NCBI GenBank assembly: GCA_964541255.1
Contig: CAZIPL010000002.1
Location: 589-64,588 of the forward strand
Direction: 5' to 3'
DNA length: 64,000 nt
From: an uncultured Clostridia bacterium
GTDB taxonomy: Bacteria; Bacillota; Clostridia; Christensenellales; CAMQZB01
Positions 30,526 to 41,019 of the stretch are shown here, piece after piece. A program made the translations under genes and the position numbers. The notes below the pieces were generated by a model. It was not told the DNA's origin. It did not search any database and saw only the letters and a program-made list of their open reading frames with translations. The first letter of the stretch is position 1, and every line of letters starts with the position of its first letter.

Positions 30526-30894
30526 ATGATACAACCACAAACAAGATTGAAAGTTGCCGACAATACCGGCGCGAAAGAGATACAGTGTATCAAAGTATTG
30601 GGTGGCTCCTTCAGAAAGACCGGCAATATCGGAGACGTTATCATTGCAAGCGTTAAGACGGCAACTCCCGGCGGCGTAGTTAAGAAAGGCGACGTTGTCA
30701 GAGCGGTTATCGTAAGAACGAGCAAGGGTATCCAGAGAAAGGACGGAACCTACATCAGATTCGACGACAACGCAGCTGTTATCATCGATACTCAGAAACA
30801 GCCTCGCGGAACCCGTATCTTTGGGCCTATCGCGAGAGAATTGCGTGATAAGGATTATATGAGAATTATATCCTTGGCGCCCGAAGTTATTTAA
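30526..30894 (+). CDS. rplN: 50S ribosomal protein L14
   Basis: [18 protein letters not shown]...FGPIARELR. Confidence 0.97.
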   Translation: MIQPQTRLKVADNTGAKEIQCIKVLGGSFRKTGNIGDVIIASVKTATPGGVVKKGDVVRAVIVRTSKGIQRKDGTYIRFDDNAAVIIDTQKQPRGTRIFGPIARELRDKDYMRIISLAPEVI

Positions 30895-30905
30895 GGAGGA
30901 ACGAA

Positions 30906-31316
30906 ATGAATACGCTTAAAATTAAAAAAGGCGACCAGGTTGTCGTTCTTACCGGAAAAGACAAGGGCAAGACAGGTCCTATCCTTGCATGTGATCCTAA
31001 GAGCAACAGAGTTATCGTCAAAGAAGTAAACATGCAGAAGAAGCACCTCAAAGCAAGAAACGCTCAGCAGGCAGGCGGAATCGTTGATATGGAAGGTCCT
31101 ATCGACGCATCCAACGTTATGATCGTTTGCCCCAAGTGCGGAAAGGCTACGAGAGTAGCTGCTGGCACGAACGATAAGGGCAAGAAGATCAGAGTTTGCA
31201 AGAAGTGCGGTGCAGAGCTTACGTTTGCAGACACGAAGAAGGATTCTAAGAAGACGGCTAAGGCTGCTAAGAAGACTTCCAAAAAAGCTGCAAAAGCAGA
31301 AACAGAGAACAACTAA
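30906..31316 (+). CDS. rplX: 50S ribosomal protein L24 with CxxC...CxxC insert and Lys/Ala-rich tail
   Basis: KOW motif KIKKGDQVVVLTGKDKGKTG. Cysteines at C75/C78/C98/C101. The 136-aa length exceeds the roughly 103 aa typical of L24. Confidence 0.95.
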   Translation: MNTLKIKKGDQVVVLTGKDKGKTGPILACDPKSNRVIVKEVNMQKKHLKARNAQQAGGIVDMEGPIDASNVMIVCPKCGKATRVAAGTNDKGKKIRVCKKCGAELTFADTKKDSKKTAKAAKKTSKKAAKAETENN

Positions 31317-31330
31317 GGAGGTAAACTGCA

Positions 31331-31921
31331 ATGGCTGAAAATAAAGTAAAGGCAGCTGACTCCGAAGCAGCTGTTTCGAAAAACAGAGTATTGGTCAGAT
31401 ACGAAGAAGAAGTTAAAGACCAGCTCGTTAAAAAGTTCGGATATAAGAACGTTATGGAAATCCCCAAGATCGTAAAGATTGTTGTCAATACCGGTCTTGG
31501 TGATGTCAAAGATAATCCTAAGGCTGTTCAGACTGCGGTTAACGAATTGCAGGCTATCACCGGACAGAAAGCCGTTCTCACGAAGGCTAAAAAGTCCGTT
31601 GCTAACTTCAAAGTCAGAAAGGATATGGTTATCGGCGCTAAGGTTGACCTTCGCGGACAGAGAATGTACGAGTTCTTCGATAAGCTCGTTTCTATCGCTC
31701 TTCCCCGTGTAAGAGACTTCAAGGGCGTTTCCGATAAGTCTTTCGACGGCAGAGGAAACTATTCTCTCGGAGTTAAGGAACAGTTGATTTTCCCTGAAAT
31801 TCAGTATGATCAGGTAGAAGTCGTAAGAGGTTTCGATATTTGCATCGTAACCACAGCAAAGACCGACGATGAGGCAAGAGAGCTTATTAAGCTTCTCGGA
31901 ATGCCCTTTGTTCGCGCATAA
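31331..31921 (+). CDS. rplE: 50S ribosomal protein L5 (N-terminal extension of about 17 aa)
   Basis: [18 protein letters not shown]...[16 protein letters not shown], with an AGGAGG RBS before the ATG at 31331. Confidence 0.95.
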   Translation: MAENKVKAADSEAAVSKNRVLVRYEEEVKDQLVKKFGYKNVMEIPKIVKIVVNTGLGDVKDNPKAVQTAVNELQAITGQKAVLTKAKKSVANFKVRKDMVIGAKVDLRGQRMYEFFDKLVSIALPRVRDFKGVSDKSFDGRGNYSLGVKEQLIFPEIQYDQVEVVRGFDICIVTTAKTDDEARELIKLLGMPFVRA

Positions 31922-31935
31922 CGGAGGATTATTTT

Positions 31936-32121
31936 ATGGCTAAAAAAGCAATGATTAATAAACAGCAGAAAGCTCCCAAGTTTTCAACTCGTGCTTACAC
32001 GAGATGCTCCATTTGCGGAAGACCTCATGCGGTTTTGAAAGAATACGGCATTTGCAGAATTTGCTTCAGAGAATTGGCTTATAAGGGTCAGATTCCCGGA
32101 GTTAAGAAAGCGAGCTGGTAA
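31936..32121 (+). CDS. rpsN: 30S ribosomal protein S14, type Z (zinc form)
   Basis: 61 aa; [20 protein letters not shown]. Confidence 0.96.
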   Translation: MAKKAMINKQQKAPKFSTRAYTRCSICGRPHAVLKEYGICRICFRELAYKGQIPGVKKASW

Positions 32122-32138
32122 AAAGGAGGAAATAGACA

Positions 32139-32537
32139 ATGTTAGTAACAGATCCTATTGCCGATATGCTTACCAGAATCAGAAACGCTCAAACTGCAAA
32201 GCACGAACAGGTAGATATTCCTTGCTCCAAGGTTAAAAAGAGCATCGCGGATATTTTGCTTGAAGAAGGCTACGTAGCAAACGTTGAGTATCTCGATGAA
32301 GGTATAAACGGAATAATCAGAATTACGCTCAAATACGGAGCAAAGAGAGAGCCTGTCATCACGGGTATCAAGAGAATCTCCAAGCCCGGCTTAAGAGTAT
32401 ATGCCAAGTATGAAAACTTGCCTAAGGTCCTCGGAGGACTCGGAATCGCTATCATATCCACGTCTAAGGGAATTATGACGGATAAGAAAGCAAGAGAACT
32501 CGGACACGGCGGAGAAGTTCTGGCTTACATCTGGTAA
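32139..32537 (+). CDS. rpsH: 30S ribosomal protein S8
   Basis: [13 protein letters not shown]...[14 protein letters not shown]. Confidence 0.97.
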   Translation: MLVTDPIADMLTRIRNAQTAKHEQVDIPCSKVKKSIADILLEEGYVANVEYLDEGINGIIRITLKYGAKREPVITGIKRISKPGLRVYAKYENLPKVLGGLGIAIISTSKGIMTDKKARELGHGGEVLAYIW

Positions 32538-32555
32538 CGCAGGAGGTATAGAAGA

Positions 32556-33101
32556 ATGTCAAGAATAGGCAAAAAAGTAATAGCTATACCTGCCGGTGTA
32601 ACGGTTTCGTTCGAAAACGGAGTCGTTACGGTTAAGGGCCCTAAGGGAACCTTGACGCAGGACATCGTAGAAGAAAAGATTCACGTTAATATCGACGCTA
32701 ACGAGGTTAACCTCACGCGCGATAACGACGACAAAGAAGTCAGAGCAAAGCACGGACTTTACAGAGCCCTTATCGCTAATATGGTTAAAGGCGTAACCGA
32801 AGGCTACACCAAGAACCTTCTTATCAACGGTATCGGTTATAAGGTTACGGCAACGCCTACAAAGCTCACTCTCAACATCGGATATTCTCATCCTATCGAG
32901 GTTGAAGCTCCCGAGGGAATTACTTTCTCTACACCCGCAGCAACGGAAATTGCCGTAAGCGGTATCGACAAAGTTCTCGTCGGACAGGTAGCAGCTTCCA
33001 TTCGTTCTTTGAGAAAGCCCGAGCCTTATCACGGCTACGGCGTTCAGTATAAGGACGAAGTTGTTGAAAGAAAGGAAGGAAAAGCAGCGGGCAAGAAGTA
33101 A
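32556..33101 (+). CDS. rplF: 50S ribosomal protein L6
   Basis: SRIGKKVIAIPAGVTV...PEPYHGYGVQY. Confidence 0.97.
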   Translation: MSRIGKKVIAIPAGVTVSFENGVVTVKGPKGTLTQDIVEEKIHVNIDANEVNLTRDNDDKEVRAKHGLYRALIANMVKGVTEGYTKNLLINGIGYKVTATPTKLTLNIGYSHPIEVEAPEGITFSTPAATEIAVSGIDKVLVGQVAASIRSLRKPEPYHGYGVQYKDEVVERKEGKAAGKK

Positions 33102-33222
33102 GAATAACTTACTTCTTCCCCTCAATTTGCTTAAATGCGCTTAAAAAGTGCAGAGCGTATATCTCGAAACGGTTTGTGCTTTGTGAAAGCGTGTGAAAGT
33201 ATATTAAGGAGAGATAATTAAA

Positions 33223-33591
33223 ATGATCGGAAAAATCGACAAAAACGCTTCCAGAATCAAACGTAGAAAAAGAGTTCGCGGACGTGTTAGCGGAACGGCT
33301 GACAGACCCAGAATCAGCGTTTACAGAAGCGTAGAAAACATCTATGCACAGCTTATCGACGACGTTAAGGGCGTAACAATTTGCGCTTCTTCCACGCTTG
33401 ATAAGAATTTGAAAGCCGAGCTTAACGGCAAGACGAAGGTTGAACAGGCTACTATGGTAGGCGAAGACCTCGCTAAAAAGGCTTTGGCAAAAGGCGTAAC
33501 GGCTGCTGTTTTCGACAGAGGCGGTTACCTTTACACAGGAAGAGTAGAAGCTCTTGCTGAAGGCGCTCGTAAGGGCGGACTTAAATTCTAA
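33223..33591 (+). CDS. rplR: 50S ribosomal protein L18
   Basis: [20 protein letters not shown]...[26 protein letters not shown]. Confidence 0.97.
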   Translation: MIGKIDKNASRIKRRKRVRGRVSGTADRPRISVYRSVENIYAQLIDDVKGVTICASSTLDKNLKAELNGKTKVEQATMVGEDLAKKALAKGVTAAVFDRGGYLYTGRVEALAEGARKGGLKF

Positions 33592-33608
33592 GAAGGAGGA
33601 CTGCTTTT

Positions 33609-34178
33609 ATGGAACGCAAAGAAAATGCATTAAGACCTGAAAAAGACAATTCCAGAAGAAAGAGAGATAGCCGTCCCAGAAGACAACAGCAAGAGGAAAA
33701 AGACGATCTCATCAAAAAGACCATCTGTATCAACCGTGTAACGAAGGTTGTTAAGGGCGGTCGTAACATGAGATTCGCTGCTTGCGTAGTTGTAGGCGAC
33801 GGAAAGGGCAATGTAGGCGTCGGTATGGGTAAGGCAATCGAAGTTCCTGCCGCTATCGATAAGGCTACTGCTGCCGCTAAGAAGAATATGTCTAAGATTT
33901 CTCTCGTAGGAACGACGATTCCTCACGAGGTTAACGGAAGATTCGGAAGAGGAAACGTATTGATGCTCCCTGCTGAGCAAGGTACCGGAGTTATCGCGGG
34001 CGGCCCCGTTCGTGCGGTACTCGAAGCTGTAGGCGTTAAGGACATCAGAACGAAATCTTACGGAACGAACAATCCTATCAACTGCGTAAAGGCAACGATC
34101 GAAGGTTTGAAATCTTTGTCTACGCTCGAAGAGGTTGCTGCTAAGCGTGGCAAAAACCCCTCTGAAATTCTCGGTTAA
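33609..34178 (+). CDS. rpsE: 30S ribosomal protein S5 (charged N-terminal extension)
   Basis: [36 protein letters not shown]. Confidence 0.96.
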   Translation: MERKENALRPEKDNSRRKRDSRPRRQQQEEKDDLIKKTICINRVTKVVKGGRNMRFAACVVVGDGKGNVGVGMGKAIEVPAAIDKATAAAKKNMSKISLVGTTIPHEVNGRFGRGNVLMLPAEQGTGVIAGGPVRAVLEAVGVKDIRTKSYGTNNPINCVKATIEGLKSLSTLEEVAAKRGKNPSEILG

Positions 34179-34192
34179 GGAGGTAACTTAAA

Positions 34193-34381
34193 ATGGCTAA
34201 CGAAAAACAGGTTAAGGTTACCCTCATAAAGTCCACGAACTCCTGCACGAAAGTACAGAAGGCAACCGTTGAGGCTTTGGGACTCAAGAAAATCAGAAGC
34301 GAAAAGGTTCATACACTTAATCCCAGCATCGAGGGAATGATCTTCAGAGTCAAACACCTCGTTAAGGTTGAAGAAGTTTAA
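34193..34381 (+). CDS. rpmD: 50S ribosomal protein L30
   Basis: VKVTLIKSTNSCTKVQKATVEALGLKKI. Confidence 0.95.
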   Translation: MANEKQVKVTLIKSTNSCTKVQKATVEALGLKKIRSEKVHTLNPSIEGMIFRVKHLVKVEEV

Positions 34382-34403
34382 GGCTTTAGGAGGAACGTAG
34401 ATT

Positions 34404-34850
34404 ATGAGAATTCATGAATTGACACCTGCTCCCAACTCCACAAAGAGCTCTAAGAGACTCGGTCGCGGAATCGGTTCGGGAAAGGGTAAAACATCAGGTA
34501 AAGGACATAAAGGACAGTGGGCAAGATCCGGTGGCGGAGTTCGTCCAGGTTTTGAAGGCGGTCAGATGCCCTTGTACAGACGTATTCCTAAGCGCGGCTT
34601 CAACAACCGTTTCAGAAAGGAATATGTTGTAGCAAACATTTCCAGCCTCGAAGCTTTTGAGGCTAACACGGAGATTACTCTCGAGCTCTTGCTCGAAAAA
34701 GGCATTGTAAGCGATGTCAAAGGCAACGCGGGCCTCAAGGTTCTCGGAGACGGCGTTCTTACGAAACCCATGACGGTTAAAGCTGCTAAGTTCTCTGAGA
34801 CTGCAAAGTCGAAGATCGAAGCAGTCGGCGGCGTTTGCGAAATAATCTGA
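34404..34850 (+). CDS. rplO: 50S ribosomal protein L15
   Basis: [21 protein letters not shown]...[17 protein letters not shown]. Confidence 0.97.
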   Translation: MRIHELTPAPNSTKSSKRLGRGIGSGKGKTSGKGHKGQWARSGGGVRPGFEGGQMPLYRRIPKRGFNNRFRKEYVVANISSLEAFEANTEITLELLLEKGIVSDVKGNAGLKVLGDGVLTKPMTVKAAKFSETAKSKIEAVGGVCEII

Positions 34851-34890
34851 CTTAAAGCGTCCGAGAGTCTCGGACGTATCGGAGGTAACA

Positions 34891-36195
34891 ATGTTTGAGA
34901 CATTAAAAAATGCCTTTAAGGTTAAAGAGATCAGAAGAAAGATCTTTATAACCATCGGCTTCATTTTGCTCTACAGAGTGGGCTGCTTCGTTCCGGTTCC
35001 CGGAATTGCCGCAGATACATTCCAGAGCACGATAGAGGGTAATGACTTCCTCGGTATTATGAGCGCTGTTTCGGGCGGATCGTTGAGCCAAGGTACTTTG
35101 TTCGCAATGGGTATCGGACCTTACATCAACGCTTCCATTATCATTCAGCTTCTCTGTATCGGTATTCCTGCTCTTGAAAGACTTTCTAAGAGCGGTGAAG
35201 AAGGAAGAAAGAAAATTTCCCAGATTACCAGATACGTAACGCTTGGACTTGCCATTATTCAGTCTGTCGCGATCCTCATTTCCGTAGGATCGAGCGGCAT
35301 CGATTCGACGTTATTCGGCGAGAACCTCAAATGGTTGACGTATACTTGTATAGTAATTATTTTCTGCGCAGGATCCGCTCTTACGATGTGGATCGGCGAA
35401 AGAATCACCGAATTCGGTATCGGTAACGGAATCACGCTTTTGATCTTCGTAGGTATCCTTGCAACGGCAGGACAGTCTATTTTGACTCAGTTCAGCCAGA
35501 TTTTTGCAGGCGACCTCGGAGCTTTGATTGCGCTTATCGTATTCCTTATCGCGGTTCTCGTTATCTTCGGTTGCATCGTAACCGTCGATATGGCGCAGAG
35601 AAAGATCCCCGTTCAGTATGCAAAACAGGTTAAAGGCAGAAAGATGTACGGCGGACAGTCCACGTTTATTCCTATCAAGGTAAACGGTTCGGGAGTTCTT
35701 CCCCTTATTTTTGCTTACGCAATCTTGTCTTTCCCGCAGCTCATTATGGGACTTTTCTGGCCCAATAAGGAGTTCCCTGTATATACGAATTGGTTCTCCG
35801 CAAACGGATATCTTTATCCGCTATTCCTCGCGGTACTCATCGTATTCTTCGCATACTTCTATGCGTCCGTTCAGTTTAATCCTGATGACGTCGCTAAGAA
35901 CATTCAGCAGTACGGCGGATTTATCCCCGGTATCAGACCCGGTCGTCCGACAGCAGATTATCTTAGAAAGATCAGCAACAGAATTACGCTTTTCGGCGCT
36001 ATCTATCTCGCTCTCGTAGCTTTGATTCCTACCTACATTTTCCGTTTGATAGCTATTGTCAACAACAGCAGCTACGGACTTATGGGTGCGTTCAGTGCAA
36101 CAGGACTTATGATCGTCGTTTCTGCGGCGCTCGAGTTCAACACGACGCTCGAATCTCAGCTTATGATGAGACATTATAAGGGCTTCCTTAAATAA
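34891..36195 (+). CDS. secY: preprotein translocase subunit SecY
   Basis: The 434-aa ORF is a 10-TM protein (GIGPYINASIIIQLL, ITEFGIGNGITLLIF). Confidence 0.97.
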   Translation: MFETLKNAFKVKEIRRKIFITIGFILLYRVGCFVPVPGIAADTFQSTIEGNDFLGIMSAVSGGSLSQGTLFAMGIGPYINASIIIQLLCIGIPALERLSKSGEEGRKKISQITRYVTLGLAIIQSVAILISVGSSGIDSTLFGENLKWLTYTCIVIIFCAGSALTMWIGERITEFGIGNGITLLIFVGILATAGQSILTQFSQIFAGDLGALIALIVFLIAVLVIFGCIVTVDMAQRKIPVQYAKQVKGRKMYGGQSTFIPIKVNGSGVLPLIFAYAILSFPQLIMGLFWPNKEFPVYTNWFSANGYLYPLFLAVLIVFFAYFYASVQFNPDDVAKNIQQYGGFIPGIRPGRPTADYLRKISNRITLFGAIYLALVALIPTYIFRLIAIVNNSSYGLMGAFSATGLMIVVSAALEFNTTLESQLMMRHYKGFLK

Positions 36196-36273
36196 AAAAT
36201 CATTTGGCAGTTTCGGGTATCCGCAAAAATCGCTTTGCGGATGCTCGGGCTGTTAACTTGTCTTAAAAAGAAT

Positions 36274-36897
36274 ATGAAAATTATATTGATCGGCGCACCT
36301 GGCGCAGGAAAAGGTACACAGGCTTTCAAAATCACCGATAAATTCGCCATACCTCACATCTCGACGGGAGATATTTTCAGAAGCAACATCAAGGGCGGTA
36401 CGCCGCTCGGAATAGAGGCTAAGTCTTATATCGATAAGGGCATGCTCGTTCCCGATGAGCTCACCATCAAAATCGTCGAAGACAGACTTTCGAAGGAGGA
36501 CTGCAAAGAGAGCTTTATGCTCGACGGCTTCCCGAGAACTTTGGAACAGGCAGAGGCACTCGACAAAATGTGCGATATAGATCTTGTTATCGATATCAGC
36601 GTTCCCCTCGAGCTTTTGCTTCACAGAATAGTCGGCAGAAGGGTCTGCAAAACTTGCGGCGAAAGCTATCATATCGACTTCATGAAAGAAGGGCAAAACA
36701 CTTGCGATCGTTGCGGCGGACCTTTGATCCAAAGAGCCGACGATAACGAAGAATCGGTCAAAACAAGACTTGACGTATACGTAAAACAAACGCAGCCTTT
36801 GATCGATTATTATAAAAACAAAGGCGTTTTGAGATCGGTAGACGGCTCGAAACCGATGGAAGAAGTATTCGCTCAAATCGAAGAATTGTTGAAATGA
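36274..36897 (+). CDS. adk: adenylate kinase (zinc-lid form)
   Basis: MKIILIGAPGAGKGTQ P-loop, with lid cysteines CKTCGESYH...CDRCGG. The track ORF begins 13 codons upstream at an unsupported start. Confidence 0.95.
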   Translation: MKIILIGAPGAGKGTQAFKITDKFAIPHISTGDIFRSNIKGGTPLGIEAKSYIDKGMLVPDELTIKIVEDRLSKEDCKESFMLDGFPRTLEQAEALDKMCDIDLVIDISVPLELLLHRIVGRRVCKTCGESYHIDFMKEGQNTCDRCGGPLIQRADDNEESVKTRLDVYVKQTQPLIDYYKNKGVLRSVDGSKPMEEVFAQIEELLK

Positions 36898-37640
36898 TTA
36901 TACTTAAAGCTTCAAGCGAGATTGAAAAAATGAAAAAAGCCGGTAAGATTACCGGCGACACCCTCAAGCTTTTGCAAGAGAAGGTAAAGCCCGGTATGAG
37001 TACCTTGGAGCTTAACAATATTGCTGAAAGGTATATAAGAAGTCAAGGCGCGGTTCCGTCCTTTTTGGGACTATATGACTATCCAGCTTCCGCTTGCATT
37101 TCAATCGACGAAGAAGTCGTGCACGGCATTCCGTCTAAGCACAGAATAATCGAAGAGGGGCAAATCGTCAGCTTCGACGTAGGTGCTTACATCGACGGGT
37201 TCCATGGAGATGCGGCGAGAACGGTTATGATAGGTCAAGTCTCGGAAGAAAAGAGACAACTTGTCAAGGTAACGGAGGAGTGCTTTTTCAAAGGAATCGA
37301 ACAGTTCAAGCTCGGCAACAGACTCGGCGATATCGGTCACGCGATTCAGCAACATGCCGAAAGCTTTGGCTACGGCGTAGTAGAAGAGCTTGTAGGACAC
37401 GGTATCGGCAGAGAAATGCACGAAGACCCCAACGTGCCGAATTACGGCAAAGCGGGAAGAGGCGTGAGGTTATCGAACGGTTTGGCTCTTGCGATTGAAC
37501 CGATGATTTCCGCAGGGACATACGAAGTCGTTCAGTTATCAGACGGATGGACGTATGTAACCAAGGACAGAAGTCCTGCGGCGCATTACGAAAACACGAC
37601 GGTTCTTATCGACGGAGAGGTTCATATTCTCACTTTATGA
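36894..37640 (+). CDS. map: type I methionine aminopeptidase
   Basis: FDVGAYIDGFHGDAART...GHGIGREMHEDP...AHYENT. ATGA overlap with adk. Confidence 0.95.
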   Translation: MIILKASSEIEKMKKAGKITGDTLKLLQEKVKPGMSTLELNNIAERYIRSQGAVPSFLGLYDYPASACISIDEEVVHGIPSKHRIIEEGQIVSFDVGAYIDGFHGDAARTVMIGQVSEEKRQLVKVTEECFFKGIEQFKLGNRLGDIGHAIQQHAESFGYGVVEELVGHGIGREMHEDPNVPNYGKAGRGVRLSNGLALAIEPMISAGTYEVVQLSDGWTYVTKDRSPAAHYENTTVLIDGEVHILTL

Positions 37641-37945
37641 TCACGGAGGGACAATTGAAACAAAGCGAAGCTTTGGCAGGGCAAGTAGTCCTGTCGAAAC
37701 AGGGCAGGGACAGCGGTAAATACGCGGTCGTCGTCAAGATAAAAAACGACTCGTTTGTTTATATCGCAGACGGCGTTGCGAGAAAAATCGCGAATCCCAA
37801 GCTCAAAAATATAAAACACTTAAAACTCACACCTTATGTTTTGCAGAAGGTCGCTGATAAGCTCAATGCAAACGAACAGGTGCTCGACGCTGAAATAGCG
37901 AAGGGACTTAAAGTATTCGATAAAAAAGAAGGAGAAATCGGATAG
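37637..37945 (+). CDS. KOW domain-containing small RNA-binding protein (map-infA spacer gene)
   Basis: [23 protein letters not shown] is KOW-like. The start is either the ATG at 37637, which overlaps the map stop, or the TTG at 37655, which lies 5 nt after GGAGGG. Confidence 0.75.
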   Translation: MITEGQLKQSEALAGQVVLSKQGRDSGKYAVVVKIKNDSFVYIADGVARKIANPKLKNIKHLKLTPYVLQKVADKLNANEQVLDAEIAKGLKVFDKKEGEIG

Positions 37946-38166
37946 TGGCAAAAGACGATGTTATAGAAGCGCAAGGCGTTGTTCTCGAAGCGCTTCCGAA
38001 TGCGAACTTCAAGGTGAAGCTTTCAAACGGAATTGTAATCACGGCATATATATCGGGCAAGCTCCGTATGAACTACATCAAAATCATTCCCGGAGACACG
38101 GTTTCCGTTGAAATGAGCCCTTACGATCTGACAAAAGGCAGAATCGTATGGCGTTCTAAAAACTAA
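37945..38166 (+). CDS. infA: translation initiation factor IF-1
   Basis: GTG start; [25 protein letters not shown]...[14 protein letters not shown]. Confidence 0.96.
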   Translation: MAKDDVIEAQGVVLEALPNANFKVKLSNGIVITAYISGKLRMNYIKIIPGDTVSVEMSPYDLTKGRIVWRSKN

Positions 38167-38188
38167 TAGTAATAACCGTTAAAAACAT

Positions 38189-38217
38189 TTGCAAAATCAA
38201 TGCAAATGTGATATAAT
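38189..38217 (+). promoter_or_regulatory. internal sigma-A type promoter before rpmJ
   Basis: TTGCAA, a 17-nt spacer, then TATAAT. Confidence 0.55.
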
Positions 38218-38246
38218 TTCATTTAGTCTGCAATGGAGGAATAGTT

Positions 38247-38363
38247 ATGAAAGTCAGACCGTCTGTTAAGCCTATGTGCGAGAAGTGCAAGGTAATCAAA
38301 AGAAACGGCAAGGTTATGGTTATTTGTTCCAAGAACAAGAGCCACAAACAGCGTCAGGGCTAA
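38247..38363 (+). CDS. rpmJ: 50S ribosomal protein L36 (zinc form)
   Basis: Not in the ORF track because it is only 38 aa: [47 protein letters not shown] lies 8 nt upstream. Confidence 0.95.
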   Translation: MKVRPSVKPMCEKCKVIKRNGKVMVICSKNKSHKQRQG

Positions 38364-38573
38364 TTTTAGATAATTAGTCCGTTTTCCCTTTTCAAAAAGG
38401 GGGTATCAACAAGCCGAAAGGCAAAAAACTAATAAGGCCAAAACGGAAGATAGATTTAACTCACTTTGCAAGGTAGAAATGCAGTGTGCTTTTTCCACCG
38501 CGCGCGCGAGCGTTTACTTGCATCACGAGCGATTGTCTTGTCTTACCGAAAAATAAGCGGAGGTAAACATAAT

Positions 38574-38942
38574 ATGGCACGTATTTCCGGCGTAGATTTG
38601 CCGAGAGAAAAACGCGTTGAGATCGGTTTAACCTATATCTACGGTATAGGTCTTCCTACGTCTCAGAAGATCCTCGCTGACACAGGCGTCAATCCCGACA
38701 CGAGAGTTAAGGATTTGACGGAGGATGATATCACGAAACTCAGAGAGTATATCGAACATCATCTTGTTGTCGAAGGCGAGAGAAAAGCACAGGTATCACT
38801 TGATATCAAGCGTCTGATCGAGATCGGATGCTATCGTGGTGTTCGTCACAGAAAGGGCTTGCCCGTAAGAGGACAGAGCTCCAAGACGAATGCTCGTACA
38901 AGAAAGGGCCCCAGACACACGGTCGCTAAGAAGAAAGGTTAA
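38574..38942 (+). CDS. rpsM: 30S ribosomal protein S13
   Basis: [26 protein letters not shown], with a GGAGG RBS. The track ORF begins 36 codons upstream in the spacer. Confidence 0.96.
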   Translation: MARISGVDLPREKRVEIGLTYIYGIGLPTSQKILADTGVNPDTRVKDLTEDDITKLREYIEHHLVVEGERKAQVSLDIKRLIEIGCYRGVRHRKGLPVRGQSSKTNARTRKGPRHTVAKKKG

Positions 38943-38956
38943 GGAGGGGCAATAAA

Positions 38957-39349
38957 ATGGCAGATAAAAAGAAAGTCATCAGAAGAAGACGTGAACTTAA
39001 GAACATTGACAAAGGTCAAGTTCATATTCAGACTTCTTTCAACAATACTATCGTTACCATCACAGATATGCAAGGTAACACGATTTCTTGGTGCAGCGCA
39101 GGCTCCTTGGGCTTCCGCGGCTCGAGAAAGAGCACTCCGTACGCAGCTCAGCAGGCTTCCGAAAAGGCAGCTATGGCAGCTAAAGAGCACGGACTTCGCA
39201 GCGTAGAAGTATTTGTAAAAGGTCCCGGACAGGGTCGTGAATCGGCAATCAGAGCTTTGCAGGTATGCGAAATCGAAGTTACCATGATTCAGGACGTTTC
39301 GCCCATTCCTCACAACGGATGCCGTCCGCCGAAGAGAAGAAGAGTATAA
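38957..39349 (+). CDS. rpsK: 30S ribosomal protein S11
   Basis: [15 protein letters not shown]...[11 protein letters not shown]...[13 protein letters not shown]. Confidence 0.97.
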   Translation: MADKKKVIRRRRELKNIDKGQVHIQTSFNNTIVTITDMQGNTISWCSAGSLGFRGSRKSTPYAAQQASEKAAMAAKEHGLRSVEVFVKGPGQGRESAIRALQVCEIEVTMIQDVSPIPHNGCRPPKRRRV

Positions 39350-39364
39350 CGGAGGTAAGAAAAT

Positions 39365-39991
39365 ATGGCAAGATATACAGAAGCGGACTGCCGTCAGTGC
39401 AGACGTGAAGGTTGCAAGCTCTTCCTTAAGGGAGACAGATGCTATACGAAGAAATGCGCTCTCGAGAGATATCCTTCCGTTCCCGGAAAAGATCCTCACG
39501 CTCCGAGAAAAAAACAGAGCGGCTACGCATTGCAGCTTCGTGAAAAACAGAAAACAAAGAGAATTTACGGCGTTCAGGAAGGTCAGTTCAGAAGTTATTA
39601 TGAGAAAGCAGACCGTATGAAAGGCGTTACCGGTGAGAACATGTTGTCTCTCCTCGAAAGACGTCTCGACAACGTTTGCTACCGTATGGCTATCGGAACG
39701 TCCCGTTCGCAGGCAAGACAGCTCGTTACACACGGTCATATCACCGTTAACGGCAAGACGGTCAGCATTCCGTCTTATCTCGTTTCTACCGGCGACGTAA
39801 TTTCCATCAAAGAAAGCAAACGCAACAACGGTGTCTTTAAAGATATGAAGACAGCTAAGAAGCCTACCTGCCCCAAGTGGTTGGATTTCGATCCCGAGAA
39901 GCTCGAAGGAAAGATTTTGGCTATGCCGCAGCGTGACGACATTGACGCAACGATTGCTGAACACATGATCGTCGAGTTGTATTCTAAATAA
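39365..39991 (+). CDS. rpsD: 30S ribosomal protein S4 (N-terminal zinc-finger form)
   Basis: [31 protein letters not shown]...S4 domain [12 protein letters not shown]. Confidence 0.97.
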   Translation: MARYTEADCRQCRREGCKLFLKGDRCYTKKCALERYPSVPGKDPHAPRKKQSGYALQLREKQKTKRIYGVQEGQFRSYYEKADRMKGVTGENMLSLLERRLDNVCYRMAIGTSRSQARQLVTHGHITVNGKTVSIPSYLVSTGDVISIKESKRNNGVFKDMKTAKKPTCPKWLDFDPEKLEGKILAMPQRDDIDATIAEHMIVELYSK

Positions 39992-40053
39992 TAAGTAAGC
40001 CCCACCCTTAAAAAAGGGTTACAAAAACAAAATCAGGAGGATAACTTAGAATT

Positions 40054-41007
40054 ATGATGGAAATGAAAATGCCAAACATCACGGTTGATGAGTCACAAGA
40101 TAAATCCTCGGCGAAGATCGTTGTCGAACCTTTGGAAAGAGGCTTCGGCACGACCTTAGGCAATGCTTTAAGAAGAATTTTGTTGTCGTCGCTTCCCGGC
40201 TCCGCACCCGTCGGAATCATGATTGAAAACGTTAAACATGAGTTCTCGACAATCCCCGGAGTAACCGAAGACGTTGCAGATATTATTCTCAACCTCAAAG
40301 GTTTAGCGGTTAAAACGACGTCGACCAATCCTACGTTCGGAAAATCGGTATTCATTCACAAGAAAGGTCCTTGCGTAGTAAGGGCTGAGGATATCGAGAC
40401 TGATGCAGAAGTTGAAATACTTAACAAAGACGCATTGATCTGCACGATCGACGAAGGCGGCGCTCTCAATATGGAGATCGTCATCGGTCGCGGCAGAGGT
40501 TATTGCAATGCAAACTTCAATAAGAGCGATAAGAATCCCATTGATTTTATCGCGATCGATTCTATCTTCACTCCCGTTAAGCACGTCAACTATAAGGTTG
40601 AAAACACGAGAGTCGAGAACAGCATCGATTATGATAAACTTACTCTTGAAGTAAAGACAAACGGTACGTTCGCAGCTAAGGACATCGTAAGCCTTGCGGC
40701 AAAGATTATGGAAGAGCATTTGAAACTTTTCGTAAATCTTTCGGAAGAGCTTAAAGATTCGACAATCCTTATTGCACCCGAAGCAGATCAGCAGATCGAA
40801 AGATTGAAAATGAGCATCGAAGAGATGGATCTTTCCGTTCGTTCTTTCAACTGCTTGAAACGTGCGGGTATTCATACCGTAGAAGATTTAACAAAGAAAA
40901 CCGAAGACGACATGCTCAAAGTCAGAAACCTTGGAAGAAAGTCTCTTGACGAGGTAATTCATAAGCTTGAAAGTTACGGTTTAAATTTAAAGAATAACGA
41001 AGAATAG
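40054..41007 (+). CDS. rpoA: DNA-directed RNA polymerase subunit alpha
   Basis: VVEPLERGFGTTLGNALRRILLSSLPG...C-terminal domain LSVRSFNCLKRAGIHTVEDL. Confidence 0.97.
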   Translation: MMEMKMPNITVDESQDKSSAKIVVEPLERGFGTTLGNALRRILLSSLPGSAPVGIMIENVKHEFSTIPGVTEDVADIILNLKGLAVKTTSTNPTFGKSVFIHKKGPCVVRAEDIETDAEVEILNKDALICTIDEGGALNMEIVIGRGRGYCNANFNKSDKNPIDFIAIDSIFTPVKHVNYKVENTRVENSIDYDKLTLEVKTNGTFAAKDIVSLAAKIMEEHLKLFVNLSEELKDSTILIAPEADQQIERLKMSIEEMDLSVRSFNCLKRAGIHTVEDLTKKTEDDMLKVRNLGRKSLDEVIHKLESYGLNLKNNEE

Positions 41008-41019
41008 GAGGATACAACC

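Noticed and set aside
38939-39964. 341-aa minus-strand ORF across rpsK-rpsD
   Set aside because: It is an antisense shadow ORF of conserved r-protein genes, with no RBS and no recognisable domain.
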